A stretch of 32,000 nucleotides of DNA from the NCBI RefSeq assembly GCF_900187275.1, contig NZ_LT906458.1, positions 1,350,001 to 1,382,000 of the forward strand. Direction: 5' to 3'. Of this stretch, positions 17,918 through 28,598 are shown piece after piece (the first letter of the stretch is position 1; each line of letters opens with the position of its first letter). Below the pieces are notes generated by a model. It worked only from the letters and a program-made list of their open reading frames with translations. It did not search any database and was not told the origin of the DNA. The position numbers and the translations under genes were made by a program. The DNA comes from Pasteurella multocida (GTDB lineage Bacteria; Pseudomonadota; Gammaproteobacteria; Enterobacterales; Pasteurellaceae).

Positions 17918-18832
17918 TCACTCTGGCTTACGCTTTGCCCCTTCTTGTGCTTCTTGCGATGCCAGAGCAGAATGAATACTGCGTTCAATTAATGTCACTC
18001 GTGGATCATCTTCAGGTAAAAGACGTAGCATCATCGACCAAGTGACAGCTGCCATTTTATAGTCTTCTATTTCAAAATAACGAAACGCCAATAAGCCTAA
18101 TGCTTCAAGATTACTATGATCTTTCCGAATGACTTCTTTTAACAGCGTGTCCCCTTTAGTTTTATCCGATGTATCTTCTGAAAACATCAGAATTCGTGCA
18201 TAAGATAATTTATATTCAATGTTGTCAGGTTCAAGTTGATGCGCTCTAGCATAGCTATCGAGTGCTAATTGCCCTTTATTCGTATTCATCGCAATTTGCC
18301 CCAGTAACCACCAACTTTTCGCATCACTTGGCTGCTTTTGTAAATGCAAACGAAGTGCGGTAGAAAATTGCTGTAATTCTGACTCATTCAAAGGATGATG
18401 TTGTTCCTCTTTCAAGCGTTCGTGAAAGTGCGGTAATTTTTGGTAGGTTTTTTCCAACATAGCTTCAGCTTGCCATGCGCCAACACTTAAATAAGCACTC
18501 AGCGATAAAATACTTAATGCCAACAAACCCGACACAAACCAGATTTTGCCATAGGTTTTCTGTTCATTCTCATGTTGTTGTGCCGATTCTGGAATATCTT
18601 CTAATAGCGTTTGTTGCAATTCCGTTTTGACTTGCGTGGCATTTTCTAATAAGCCCTGTGCTTCATCACGCTCAATCTCGGCTAAACGTTGAAAATATAA
18701 CGCCTTGTTTAATTCATCACGTTTCACAGTCTGTCTTGTTAAAGACGAGTTCGTACTGGATTTAAGTAACGGATAAAAACAAATGAAGGCGATAAATAAC
18801 GTGAATAACATCACACTTAACCAAAAACTCAT
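17918..18832 (-). CDS. ccmI: CcmI-like TPR protein of cytochrome c maturation
   Basis: N-terminal transmembrane segment, RDEAQGLL region, TPR-like body (SWWLLGQIAMNTNKGQLALDSYARAHQL); terminal gene of the ccm operon. Confidence 0.82.
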   Translation of the reverse strand: MSFWLSVMLFTLFIAFICFYPLLKSSTNSSLTRQTVKRDELNKALYFQRLAEIERDEAQGLLENATQVKTELQQTLLEDIPESAQQHENEQKTYGKIWFVSGLLALSILSLSAYLSVGAWQAEAMLEKTYQKLPHFHERLKEEQHHPLNESELQQFSTALRLHLQKQPSDAKSWWLLGQIAMNTNKGQLALDSYARAHQLEPDNIEYKLSYARILMFSEDTSDKTKGDTLLKEVIRKDHSNLEALGLLAFRYFEIEDYKMAAVTWSMMLRLLPEDDPRVTLIERSIHSALASQEAQEGAKRKPE

Positions 18833-19293
18833 TCTTTCTTCTCTTGTAATAAACGTTGTAAACGCTGTTTTTGTTCATCACTCAAGCGAGGTTCACTCGC
18901 CTGCGCGGTCACGACTTGCTTAGTATGGCGACGAAATAAAAGCCGAAAACCCAAGATAACGAATAACGCGGGAATGACCCAAAGTGAGACCGTGGCAACG
19001 GTTAACGGGGGATCATAAGTCACAAAATGCCCATAGCGTTCAACCATAAAATTGACAACATCTTGTTTCGATTTGCCTTCTTGTAACAATTCCAAGACTT
19101 TATGCCGCATATCGACTGCAATCGTCGCATTCGAATCGGCAATATTATTGTTTTGACATTGTGGGCAACGTAATTCTTGTGTCAACGCATGATAATCTTT
19201 TTCTTGTTGCGTGGAAGAAAACTGCACTCCTTCAATCGCAGCAAGGCTCGAGAAACTCAAACATAACAAAAAAAGTGCGGTCAATTTTTTCAT
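18829..19293 (-). CDS. ccmH: CcmH-like cytochrome c maturation protein
   Basis: Signal peptide, [26 protein letters not shown] motif, C-terminal anchor. Confidence 0.92.
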   Translation of the reverse strand: MKKLTALFLLCLSFSSLAAIEGVQFSSTQQEKDYHALTQELRCPQCQNNNIADSNATIAVDMRHKVLELLQEGKSKQDVVNFMVERYGHFVTYDPPLTVATVSLWVIPALFVILGFRLLFRRHTKQVVTAQASEPRLSDEQKQRLQRLLQEKKE

Positions 19294-19838
19294 TATTTTC
19301 TCTCCACCAATTTTTGATAAATCGGCTGGATTTTCTCATCCCACACTTTCTGATTTAAATCCCCCGCATGACGATAATGAATGATACCTTGTCCGTCAAT
19401 GACAAAGGTTTCTGGTGCGCCATAGACCCCTAAATCTAAACCATTTGAGCCGTTTTCATCTTTTAAAACAATCTGATAAGGATTACCCAGATCTTTTAGC
19501 CATTTTATCGCCTGTGCTGACTTATCCTTATAATCAATACCAATAATTGTCACACCTTGTTGTGCCAACTTATTTAAATATTGATGCTCGGCATAGCAGG
19601 TTGGACACCAGGTTGCCCAAACATTTAATAAAATCGGTTTACCTTGCTGAAAAATGTCAATGCCATATTGCTTCTCTTCAAACAAATCCTGTAATGTTCT
19701 CAGCGGAACAGGTTTACCAATTAAGGCTGATTCTAATGCTTTAGGATCATCACCTTGCGCGTTACGCAGAAGCTGAACAGCAAACGCAAAAACCAAAATT
19801 AAGAATAAAATTAAGGGAAAATACAATTTTTTGTTCAT
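19293..19838 (-). CDS. ccmG: CcmG/DsbE thiol:disulfide interchange protein
   Basis: 181 aa, active site WATWCPTCYAEH, GLDLGVYGAPETFVIDGQG. Confidence 0.93.
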   Translation of the reverse strand: MNKKLYFPLILFLILVFAFAVQLLRNAQGDDPKALESALIGKPVPLRTLQDLFEEKQYGIDIFQQGKPILLNVWATWCPTCYAEHQYLNKLAQQGVTIIGIDYKDKSAQAIKWLKDLGNPYQIVLKDENGSNGLDLGVYGAPETFVIDGQGIIHYRHAGDLNQKVWDEKIQPIYQKLVERK

Positions 19839-21790
19839 GCCTGCCCCTTAGTAAATAACTTCCCAAAACGATAACGACGATCAAACATACAGAGTAATCC
19901 ACCTAATGCCATAAAGACACCACCGAACCAAATCCAGCGGATAAACGGCTTATAATATAAACGTAATGCCCAAGCATCTTGTCCTAAGTTTTCCCCCAAT
20001 GCGACGTAAATATCACGTGTAAATCCCCAATCAATCGCAGCTTCAGTCATGGTCATTTTACTCACCGTATAGAAACGTTTTTCAGCAAATAAGATGGCTT
20101 CTACTTGTCCATTACGACGAATATCGACTTGTGCTTTGCCCCCCAAATAATTCGGTCCATTTGCCTCTGTAATGCCTTGGAAAGTAAATTGATAATCCGC
20201 AATTTGTACGCTATCCCCCACATTCATACGTACATCACGCTCCATACTGTAGTTCTGACTAAAAGCAATCCCCCACACAGACATTGCCACACCTAAGTGT
20301 GCCAACACCATGCCCCAATGAGAACGAGAAAGTTTCGTTAATCCAGACCAAAAAGCTGAACGATGTGTGGCGCGTTGTTGCAACTCATACACACTTAACA
20401 ACACGATAAATACCGCCATCATCGTGCCCAATACTGCACTCACCGTCAATTGATCCTGTAAGAGATAAGGCAAGGCGAAACCGGCGACTAACATAACAAT
20501 TAAGCTCAGGATAACCGGTTTACGAATCGCTGAAAATTCATCACGACGCCATTTTATTAACGGTCCGACACCTAATAAAAGTGAGAAAGGCACCATGATG
20601 ATTAAAAACATTTGATCAAAAAACGGCGCGCCGACTGAAATAGTGCCCAACCCCAATTGTTTATGCACCAGTGGTAAGAGCGTACCAAGCAACACAACAG
20701 AAAGTGCACTCATTAAAAGAATATTATTGAGTAACAATGCAGTTTCACGCGAATAGCGTTCGGCATTTTCACGTGAGCGAATTTGGCTGCCTTTATACGC
20801 ATACAGGACGAAGGATCCACCAATGACCACAACGAGATACGCTAGAATATACAGTCCACGGGTAGGATCGGAGGCAAACGCATGCACGGAAACCAAAATC
20901 CCCGAACGCACCAAGAAGGTGCCAAGCAAGCAAAGGGAGAAAGCCAAAATCGCTAATAACACTGTCCAAGCTTTAAAAGAGCCACGTTTTTCTGTGACTG
21001 CTAATGAATGCAACAATGCAGTGCCGGCAATCCAAGGCATGAGTGAGGCATTTTCTACCGGGTCCCAGAACCACCAACCGCCCCAACCGAGTTCATAATA
21101 CGCCCACCAAGAACCTAACACGATCCCTAAGGTTAAGAAAACCCAAGCTGCCATCGTCCAAGGACGTGACCATCTTGCCCAAGCAGTATCCAGTTTTCCA
21201 GTCATTAATGAAGCAATCGCAAAGGCAAACGCGACCGAAAAACCCACATAGCCCATATACAGTAGCGGTGGGTGAAAAATCAACCCTACATCCTGTAATA
21301 AAGGATTGAGTTCTTTCCCATCAACCGGAAAATCCGGAAAGGTGCGGTCAAATGGATTCGAGGTGAATAACACAAAAATCAAGAAACCAATACTAATGAT
21401 CCCCATGATGCCCAACACGCGCGACACGGCTTCTTGTGGTAATTGCTTACTAAACATTGCAACGGCAGCGCCCCATAACGTGAGTAGCCAAATCCACAGT
21501 AACAAAGAACCTTCGTGAGATCCCCAAACCGCCGATAAACGATAATGCAACGGCAAATTCGTGTTCGAGTTATTCACAATGTATTGCACAGAAAAATCAT
21601 TCACCGCAAACAAGTAAAACAACGCAACAAAAGCCACCGTTAAACTGATAAAGAGCCCATAAGTCATGGGGCGCGCTAACGACATCAGTTGTATATGATT
21701 TTTTTCTGCGCCCCACAAGGCAAAAATTGCCACTAGCATCGCGATGGCAAGACTTAACGCTAAAGCATAATTTCCTAATTCAGCGATCAT
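19835..21790 (-). CDS. ccmF: CcmF haem lyase subunit
   Basis: 651 aa, [36 protein letters not shown]. Confidence 0.95.
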   Translation of the reverse strand: MIAELGNYALALSLAIAMLVAIFALWGAEKNHIQLMSLARPMTYGLFISLTVAFVALFYLFAVNDFSVQYIVNNSNTNLPLHYRLSAVWGSHEGSLLLWIWLLTLWGAAVAMFSKQLPQEAVSRVLGIMGIISIGFLIFVLFTSNPFDRTFPDFPVDGKELNPLLQDVGLIFHPPLLYMGYVGFSVAFAFAIASLMTGKLDTAWARWSRPWTMAAWVFLTLGIVLGSWWAYYELGWGGWWFWDPVENASLMPWIAGTALLHSLAVTEKRGSFKAWTVLLAILAFSLCLLGTFLVRSGILVSVHAFASDPTRGLYILAYLVVVIGGSFVLYAYKGSQIRSRENAERYSRETALLLNNILLMSALSVVLLGTLLPLVHKQLGLGTISVGAPFFDQMFLIIMVPFSLLLGVGPLIKWRRDEFSAIRKPVILSLIVMLVAGFALPYLLQDQLTVSAVLGTMMAVFIVLLSVYELQQRATHRSAFWSGLTKLSRSHWGMVLAHLGVAMSVWGIAFSQNYSMERDVRMNVGDSVQIADYQFTFQGITEANGPNYLGGKAQVDIRRNGQVEAILFAEKRFYTVSKMTMTEAAIDWGFTRDIYVALGENLGQDAWALRLYYKPFIRWIWFGGVFMALGGLLCMFDRRYRFGKLFTKGQA

Positions 21791-22326
21791 TTTTGACCTT
21801 CTTGCATCGATGTTTTCTGGTAAGCTTTTTCTTGACGATCTCGCTCGCTTTCCCCTTTCAAATCAGCGACCCCCATAGGTTTATGTACTTTTTGCATTTG
21901 TGCATCTAATTCTGGTGGTACATAATTTTCATCATGTTTAGCTAATACTTCTGTAGCTTCCAGTAAGGTTGGTGTTTTTAATACGCCTTGTGCCACGATC
22001 CCTTGTCCTTCTCGGAATAAATCAGGCAGAATGCCTTCATATTCCACACTGATGGAAGGTCCAATATCATTGAGATCAAATTTGACTTTCAAGCTCTTTG
22101 GATCACGTTCTACTGTACCAGCCACAACCATGCCCCCCACACGAATACGTTGTCCTACGCTAGGTTTCTGAGTTGCGTCTTCATTCTTACCATACACCAC
22201 TTCTGTTGGGGTATAAAATAAATCAATATTTTGGCGTAATGCATAGAGCACTAAGGCAGAAGCAATAGAAATCCCGAGTAATACAAATAAAATCACAGTC
22301 ATTCTTGACTTACGTCTTGGAGTCAT
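21787..22326 (-). CDS. ccmE: CcmE haem chaperone
   Basis: [40 protein letters not shown], haem-binding context [12 protein letters not shown]. Confidence 0.95.
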   Translation of the reverse strand: MTPRRKSRMTVILFVLLGISIASALVLYALRQNIDLFYTPTEVVYGKNEDATQKPSVGQRIRVGGMVVAGTVERDPKSLKVKFDLNDIGPSISVEYEGILPDLFREGQGIVAQGVLKTPTLLEATEVLAKHDENYVPPELDAQMQKVHKPMGVADLKGESERDRQEKAYQKTSMQEGQK

Positions 22327-22526
22327 AGCGCACCTCTTGTTTTATTCTTTTGTAAACGTGCTTGGCGTTGCTGTTCACGCAGTACATCACGCAAAATCGC
22401 TTTTCTCTCCTTCACACTTTGTACAATTAATACAACAATCGCTAACAAGCTGATGCCATAGGCTAGCCACACATAAAAACCGTAGCCACCCATATTGAAA
22501 AAATCCTGCCAAGTTGCAAAAAACAT
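22323..22526 (-). CDS. ccmD: CcmD haem exporter small subunit
   Basis: [24 protein letters not shown] typical of CcmD. The ATG at 22526 is preferred over the track start at 22577, which lies inside ccmC. Confidence 0.88.
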   Translation of the reverse strand: MFFATWQDFFNMGGYGFYVWLAYGISLLAIVVLIVQSVKERKAILRDVLREQQRQARLQKNKTRGAL

Positions 22527-22543
22527 ATTATCTCTCCCCCAGC

Positions 22544-23284
22544 CTATTTGAGTTTTGTGGCTAATTCTTGTACCCAAGGACGCTTATAGTCTTCTTTCAG
22601 TAGCGCACTACGATAGCGGATTAGCGTCAACCAAATGTATAACATCATAAAACCAAAAATACAGAGAATCAGTGGAATTAACATGGGGGTCGCAATTGAA
22701 GGCTTCTCAAATTTCGTAATGCTCGCCCCTTGATGTAGGGTATTCCACCACTCTACTGAAAAATGAATGATCGGTAAATTAATCACCCCCACTAAACACA
22801 GGACACCTGCTGCTTTTGCGCCAATAGCACGATCTTGAAAGGCTGAATAAAGTGCCATCACCCCTAAATACAGGAAAAATAAAATCAATTCTGAGGTCAA
22901 ACGGGCATCCCATACCCACCAAGTGCCCCACATTGGTTTACCCCACACGGCACCAGTAACCAAAGCTAAAAAAGTAAACAATGCACCAATCGGTGCCATC
23001 GCTATCATGGCTAAGTGCGCCTGTTTGATTTGCCATACTAACGCAATAAAAGCCGCAATTGCCATTGAACCATACACGCCCATCGACCAAATTGCGGTGG
23101 GTACATGCACATACATGATCCGAAAACTATTGCCTTGTTGATAATCTGCTGGGGCAAATGCCAGCCCCCACACGACGCCCACGCCTAATAAAAGTGCGCT
23201 CAGTAATGCCGTTAAGGGTAAAAATTTACCGCACAAGTGATACTGTGTTTCTGATTTTGCATAAGGATGTAACCATTTCCACAT
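22544..23284 (-). CDS. ccmC: CcmC haem exporter permease
   Basis: MWKWLHPYAKSETQYHLCGK, MYVHVPTAIWSMG-like (IMYVHVPTAIWSMGVYG), WGTWWVWDARLTSELILF. Confidence 0.95.
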   Translation of the reverse strand: MWKWLHPYAKSETQYHLCGKFLPLTALLSALLLGVGVVWGLAFAPADYQQGNSFRIMYVHVPTAIWSMGVYGSMAIAAFIALVWQIKQAHLAMIAMAPIGALFTFLALVTGAVWGKPMWGTWWVWDARLTSELILFFLYLGVMALYSAFQDRAIGAKAAGVLCLVGVINLPIIHFSVEWWNTLHQGASITKFEKPSIATPMLIPLILCIFGFMMLYIWLTLIRYRSALLKEDYKRPWVQELATKLK

Positions 23285-23296
23285 AATGCCTTCCTT

Positions 23297-23962
23297 TTAT
23301 TGATCTAAGCTAATTCGTAATGCAGCCGCAATAGCAAACGGCGATAATGTTACAGAGCCGGCTAAAATAGCGCCTAAAATGGCTAATTGCCCACTGTAAG
23401 GTAGGCTTAAACTGGCAGCTTCTAACACAGAAGCCGAAAAAATTAAAACGGGAATAAATAACGGCACAACTAATAAACTTAATAACACGCCGCCTTTACG
23501 TAATCCAACGGTCAACGCCACACCAATCGCGCCAAGACAACTTAAAACTGGTGTACCTATAAACAAAGTTAATACTAATGCCCACCAAATTTGAATCTCT
23601 AAGGAGAGAAGTAGTGCCGCAATCGGCGATAATAAAATTAAAGGAAATCCTGTTAATAGCCAGTGTGCAATGACTTTAGCTAAGGCTGTTAATGCAAGTG
23701 GTTGCGCTGTTAGCATTAATTGTTCCAAAGAACCATCTACAAAATCATCACGAAATAAGCGCTCAAATGAGAGTAACGCTGACAATAATGCAGCAACCCA
23801 TGTAATACCAGAGGCAATACGTGATAATAATTTAGGCTCAGGTCCTATCACTAAAGGAAATAGTGTAATTACAATCAAAAAGAACCACAGCGGGTTTAAA
23901 ATTTCCGCTTGTTTGCGCATAGCAATATAGAGTTCCCGTTTGATAATCTGAATAAATATCAT
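23297..23962 (-). CDS. ccmB: CcmB haem exporter permease
   Basis: ELYIAMRKQAEILNPLWFFLIVITLFPL, SFERLFRDDFVDGSLEQL. Confidence 0.94.
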   Translation of the reverse strand: MIFIQIIKRELYIAMRKQAEILNPLWFFLIVITLFPLVIGPEPKLLSRIASGITWVAALLSALLSFERLFRDDFVDGSLEQLMLTAQPLALTALAKVIAHWLLTGFPLILLSPIAALLLSLEIQIWWALVLTLFIGTPVLSCLGAIGVALTVGLRKGGVLLSLLVVPLFIPVLIFSASVLEAASLSLPYSGQLAILGAILAGSVTLSPFAIAAALRISLDQ

Positions 23963-24025
23963 ATAGTTACTTAATTTATCTTCCCTAACCTATTCATTTT
24001 ATGAGTCACTTACCTCACTCACAAA

Positions 24026-24667
24026 TTAATCCATAAATTTATAGTTTTCTAACCGCACTTTAGTTAATAAATGACTTTGCACATCTTGATGGCTAGTGAA
24101 AATCACCATTCCCCCTTTTTGAACATGTTGTTCAAAAAGCGCAGTTAAAACTTGTACACCTTTTTTATCGATTGCTGTAAAAGGTTCATCTAAAATCCAC
24201 AGTGGTGCTTTGGACAACCATAATCGTGCTAATGCAATACGTCGTTGTTGACCTGCTGAGAGCTGAGCAGCAGGAATATCCTCACGTCCTAATAACCCGA
24301 CGGTTTCTAACACTTGCCACAATATCTCTTCACCCTGTTCACTTGCACTAATATGTTGATAAAATTTCAAATTTTCCCAAGCTGTTAACTCTGGTTTAAT
24401 ACCTGAATGATGACCTAAATAGAGTAAATTATATTGATACTCTTCACGTTGTTTTTGAATTAATTCGCTATTCCAGAAAATATTTCCTTCAAGTTGTTGA
24501 GCCAAACCGACTAAAATACGTAATAAACTGGTTTTCCCGATACCATTATGCCCTTCAATTTGTATAAAATCGCCACTATTCACAGTTAAATTTAAGGCTG
24601 TAAATAATATTTTGTCACCACGCTGACAAGCTAGCTTTTCCGTTTTTAATTGATAAGTTTTTTGCAT
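24026..24667 (-). CDS. ccmA: CcmA haem exporter ATP-binding protein
   Basis: Walker [12 protein letters not shown], signature [26 protein letters not shown]. Confidence 0.94.
   Translation of the reverse strand: MQKTYQLKTEKLACQRGDKILFTALNLTVNSGDFIQIEGHNGIGKTSLLRILVGLAQQLEGNIFWNSELIQKQREEYQYNLLYLGHHSGIKPELTAWENLKFYQHISASEQGEEILWQVLETVGLLGREDIPAAQLSAGQQRRIALARLWLSKAPLWILDEPFTAIDKKGVQVLTALFEQHVQKGGMVIFTSHQDVQSHLLTKVRLENYKFMD
24052..24060 (-). repeat. Uptake signal sequence AAGTGCGGT (ACCGCACTT on +) in ccmA
   Basis: Exact 9-mer. Confidence 0.9.
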
Positions 24668-24810
24668 AATTAATCAATTCCACCTATTAATGGCTCGCAT
24701 TCTATCATAAGCAATTCACTTGGCGTAGTCATTGCGCTTATAAAAGGCTACCTCTTTAGAGGTGTATCATAGGGTTTATTGATTTAAAACAAAAGTTATG
24801 ATTTCTAACA

Positions 24811-24841
24811 AAAAAATCGCCTATTTATTCAATAGGCGATT
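24811..24841 (-). terminator. Rho-independent terminator of the KefB/C-like gene
   Basis: Perfect 11-bp stem AATCGCCTATT/AATAGGCGATT, 5-nt loop; on the minus strand followed by TTTTTT. Confidence 0.85.
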
Positions 24842-24883
24842 TTATTTAAACAAAATTGATTTACTAACTTATAGGTTCGTTAT

Positions 24884-26686
24884 TCACTTTATTTTTTCTT
24901 CTTCAAGCAATATTTGTATCATTTCTGCGATTTTCTGATCTTGTAACTTCCCTTCTTCTAGCATAGCCTCATTCGCAAAGAGTGATAATTCTGGATCATA
25001 TAAACTCGCCATTTTCCCCATACCATTACGATCCATTCTAAAATAAAGCTCACCTACTTTCTCAGCCGTTTCTTTTGGCATTCCTAAATATTCTAATGTA
25101 CGTTTACCTGAACGCACTGCTGAGTCAAAGGTTTCACGAATAATATCATTTACACCTTTACCATATAACCTAAAAGTATGTACTCGATCATAAGAGCGAA
25201 CAACAAGTTTAATATTTGGATTGACTTCTCTTGCAAATTCAACGATTCTCAATGTCAGCTCAGGATTATCAATCGCAACTACTAACACTTTTGCATCTTC
25301 AATCCCAGCCTTTAACAAGAGTTCGGGACGACTTGCATCGCCAAAATAAGCTTTAATCCCATATTTATTAATGCCCGAAATTGTCGTTTCATCCATATCA
25401 ATAATGGTAACTTTATAACCGCTAAACTGTAAAATACGATTAATAACTTGCCCAAAACGCCCCATTCCAACTAATAATACAGAATGTTTCTCATCAACAT
25501 TGTCTGCCTCTCGCAATGTTTTTACTTTAGGTTTCAAAAATCTTTGCTGTAAAACTAACAGTAATGGAGTAATTGCCATTGATAATACGACAATTGCTGT
25601 CATATTGGCATTATCTACTTCACTTAACACGCCTTGTGAAGTAGCGGCAGAATAAAGTACAAAAGCAAATTCACCACCTTGCGCCATTAAAAAAGCACGA
25701 TCAATCGCCTCTTGATGATCGCTTTTTGCAATACGAGCCACACCATAAATTGTGGCAAATTTCACAATCATTAAAATGATTACACCTGATAAGATCAGAA
25801 ACCAACTATCTACCACAACCGCCAAATCTAGCGCCATGCCTACGCCTAGGAAAAATAAACCTAACAGTAAACCTCTGAAAGGTTCTACGTCAGCTTCTAA
25901 TTGATGGCGAAAACTAGACTCAGATAATAAAACTCCTGCTAAAAATGCCCCCATTGCCATTGAAAGCCCACCCCACTCCATCAATAAAGCTGAACCTAAT
26001 ACAACCAATAGCGCAGCAGCTGTCATGACTTCTCTTGCTTTATAACGTGCTAAAATTTTAAATAATGGGTTTAATAGCCAACGACCAATGATAACTAAAA
26101 TAGTAATTGACAATAAAGAAATACCAATACTTTGCCACAAAGGTGTATCACTTTCAGTATGAATAGGAGAAAGGAAAGAAACTATCACTAACAATGGAAC
26201 AATGAGCAAATCTTCGAATAATAATACAGAAACAATTTTTTGCCCACTTGAAGTAGAAAGCTGATTACGTTCTGCCAATTCGGACATAACAATAGCCGTT
26301 GAGGTCAACACAAAGCCTGAAGCACTGACGAAAGAAACAGGTAATGAAAAACCAAATGCAACCCCTACTCCTGTTAACAATACTGCTGCTAAAATAACCT
26401 GTAAGCTACCTAAACCAAAAATTTGCTTACGTAAATGCCATAAATGCGAAGGATGCATTTCAAGCCCGATGACAAATAGAAAGATGACTACGCCCAATTC
26501 AGCGACATGTAAAATTGCCTGTGGATCTGTAAATAAACCAAAACCAAATGGTCCAATAATAAGCCCTGCGGCTAAATAACCTAATACCGATCCTAATCCT
26601 AAACGCTTAAACAAAGGTACTGCAATCACTGCCGCCCCTAATAATGCAACGACTTGTACTAAGCTACTGGCTCCTTCAGCTGCCAT
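24884..26686 (-). CDS. KefB/KefC-type monovalent cation:proton antiporter with RCK/TrkA-N domain
   Basis: 600 aa: N-terminal CPA2 transporter (GYLAAGLIIGPFGFG, FVIGLEMHPSHLW) and C-terminal VLLVGMGRFGQVINRIL Rossmann domain. Confidence 0.88.
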   Translation of the reverse strand: MAAEGASSLVQVVALLGAAVIAVPLFKRLGLGSVLGYLAAGLIIGPFGFGLFTDPQAILHVAELGVVIFLFVIGLEMHPSHLWHLRKQIFGLGSLQVILAAVLLTGVGVAFGFSLPVSFVSASGFVLTSTAIVMSELAERNQLSTSSGQKIVSVLLFEDLLIVPLLVIVSFLSPIHTESDTPLWQSIGISLLSITILVIIGRWLLNPLFKILARYKAREVMTAAALLVVLGSALLMEWGGLSMAMGAFLAGVLLSESSFRHQLEADVEPFRGLLLGLFFLGVGMALDLAVVVDSWFLILSGVIILMIVKFATIYGVARIAKSDHQEAIDRAFLMAQGGEFAFVLYSAATSQGVLSEVDNANMTAIVVLSMAITPLLLVLQQRFLKPKVKTLREADNVDEKHSVLLVGMGRFGQVINRILQFSGYKVTIIDMDETTISGINKYGIKAYFGDASRPELLLKAGIEDAKVLVVAIDNPELTLRIVEFAREVNPNIKLVVRSYDRVHTFRLYGKGVNDIIRETFDSAVRSGKRTLEYLGMPKETAEKVGELYFRMDRNGMGKMASLYDPELSLFANEAMLEEGKLQDQKIAEMIQILLEEEKIK

Positions 26687-27051
26687 CTTTTTCTCCTATA
26701 ATATATTCAATGAAAAGTGTGCGTATTCTAGCTTTTTTACTAAAAAAATCCATATACAGGTTAAACAGCTTAAATGAACAAACTAAAAATAAACCGCATT
26801 TTTTCACAAAATAACTGCTGATTGTTGCATGAAAAACAAGCAATCATCTCTTACTGATAAATGTCTGGCTATGTCTATTACATAATACACTTTCTATCAA
26901 AACTGTATCTGTCTATGTGATTTTGTGTCGATATGTTAAATTAGTCATTGTTCATGACTTACTCACTCTTTCTCTCGATATATTGTATCAAAGGTAAGGA
27001 TTACAAAATATGAACACTTAAAATTTAACCACTGAATTTAAGGAAGGAATC

Positions 27052-27582
27052 ATGAAAGTAGCATTAGTATTAGGCAGCATTAGTCAGAAATCAATGACAC
27101 ATAAGATCGCACAATTTATCGTGAAGCAATTCCCAGAAGATATACAATGTGATGTTGTACAAATTCAGGATCTACCTCTTTATACACAAGATCTTGACAG
27201 TATCACTGTCCCTGTTTATGAGCGTGTACGTGAACAATTAAAAACAGCAGATGCCGTATTAATCGTCACACCTGAACATAACCGTAGCGTACCTGCTTCT
27301 CTCAAAAACTTACTTGATATTGGCAGCAGACCATCTGGACAAAATGTATGGGCGGGTAAAAAAGTTGCTGTTGCAACTGCCTCTCCCGGCTCATACGGCG
27401 GTATCAACTCAGGCTTACATACACGTCAAATCCTTCAGGCACTAGGCAGTAATGTACTGAGTGCGGAAGTCTACTTAAGCCAAGCACATACTGCATTGAG
27501 TGAAGAGGGAAAAGTTACAAATGAACGTACAGCTGGATTCTTAGCTAAATTTGCCGCTAATTTTGTCACTTTCATAAAATAA
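27052..27582 (+). CDS. NADPH-dependent FMN reductase / NAD(P)H oxidoreductase family
   Basis: 176 aa: VLGSISQKSMTHKIA, DAVLIVTPEHNRSVPASLKNLLDIGSRPSG, GKKVAVATASPGSYGG. Confidence 0.87.
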   Translation: MKVALVLGSISQKSMTHKIAQFIVKQFPEDIQCDVVQIQDLPLYTQDLDSITVPVYERVREQLKTADAVLIVTPEHNRSVPASLKNLLDIGSRPSGQNVWAGKKVAVATASPGSYGGINSGLHTRQILQALGSNVLSAEVYLSQAHTALSEEGKVTNERTAGFLAKFAANFVTFIK

Positions 27583-27593
27583 GGAGATTGTTC

Positions 27594-28490
27594 ATGAGCA
27601 TTGATAAGTTTACAGCACTGACGAAAGATGTCGGTGGAATCCCAGTTGCTCGACTTTTACCTAAATCAAGCAAAAAAACAATTGGTGCATGGTGTTTTTT
27701 AGATCATGCTGGTCCTGCTGAATTTTCACAAGAATCAGATGGTTTACAAGTCGGCTCACATCCTCATACAAACCTACAAACGTTTACATGGATGCTCTCT
27801 GGTGAGGTATGGCATCAGGATAGTTTAGGCTTTCGTCAATTAATTCGCCCTAAACAAGTCAATTTAATGACGGCAGGAACAAACAATTATGGTATTTGCC
27901 ATACGGAGCAAACACCTGAAAACGTCAAAGATTTGCACGCTGTGCAACTTTGGATTGCATTACCAATGAATCAAGAAATTAAGCCTAATTTTGAACATTA
28001 TCCGACTCTACCAGAGTGGTCCGAAGATGGCATTAATTTTATCTTAACAACAGGTAGCTTTGCTGGTCATACGGCACCCACAACGCAATTTAGCCCATTA
28101 TTAGGCTTAGATGTACAGTTTACTAAAAAGACTTCACTGACAGTAAAAGTAGAAAAAGGTTGGGAATATGGCGCGCTAGTGATTGGCGGTACGTTATCTG
28201 TTAATGGTGAAGAATACCAACAAGATGAACTTGCTGTATTAACTGCTTGTGATGAACATGGGACATTTACTTTAGAAGGAGAAGAAGGCTGTCATCTCAT
28301 GTTATTAGGGGGAGAACCTCTGCCGCATCCCACTGTAATTTGGTGGAATTTTGTTGCGGATAAAGCAGAAACCTTAACACAAGCGGTAGAAGACTGGAAT
28401 AACAACCATCCTCGATTTGGTCATATTAATCTTGAAGGCACAAAACTTAAACGATTAATTGCCCCTAGAGTACCTGAAAAATTAAAATAA
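27594..28490 (+). CDS. Pirin-family cupin protein
   Basis: WCFLDHAGP...VGSHPHTNLQTFTWMLSGEVWHQDSLG, pirin N-terminal metal-binding-like motif. ATG at 27594 preferred over the TTG at 27588. Confidence 0.85.
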   Translation: MSIDKFTALTKDVGGIPVARLLPKSSKKTIGAWCFLDHAGPAEFSQESDGLQVGSHPHTNLQTFTWMLSGEVWHQDSLGFRQLIRPKQVNLMTAGTNNYGICHTEQTPENVKDLHAVQLWIALPMNQEIKPNFEHYPTLPEWSEDGINFILTTGSFAGHTAPTTQFSPLLGLDVQFTKKTSLTVKVEKGWEYGALVIGGTLSVNGEEYQQDELAVLTACDEHGTFTLEGEEGCHLMLLGGEPLPHPTVIWWNFVADKAETLTQAVEDWNNNHPRFGHINLEGTKLKRLIAPRVPEKLK

Positions 28491-28517
28491 CAAAAAAATC
28501 GTACTACTAATATCCTA

Positions 28518-28526
28518 AAGTGCGGT
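28518..28526 (+). repeat. Uptake signal sequence AAGTGCGGT between the pirin gene and treC
   Basis: Exact 9-mer. Confidence 0.9.
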
Positions 28527-28598
28527 CCGTTTAAAACAAATTTTATCAGTGAGAAAAAAGTGAAAAATAATTTATTTTTCACTTTTTATTTTCTTTAA

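Noticed and set aside
22323-22577. Extended ccmD start within ccmC
   Set aside because: The first 17 residues (MGTRISHKTQIGWGRDN) are unlike CcmD, and the canonical [16 protein letters not shown] begins at 22526.
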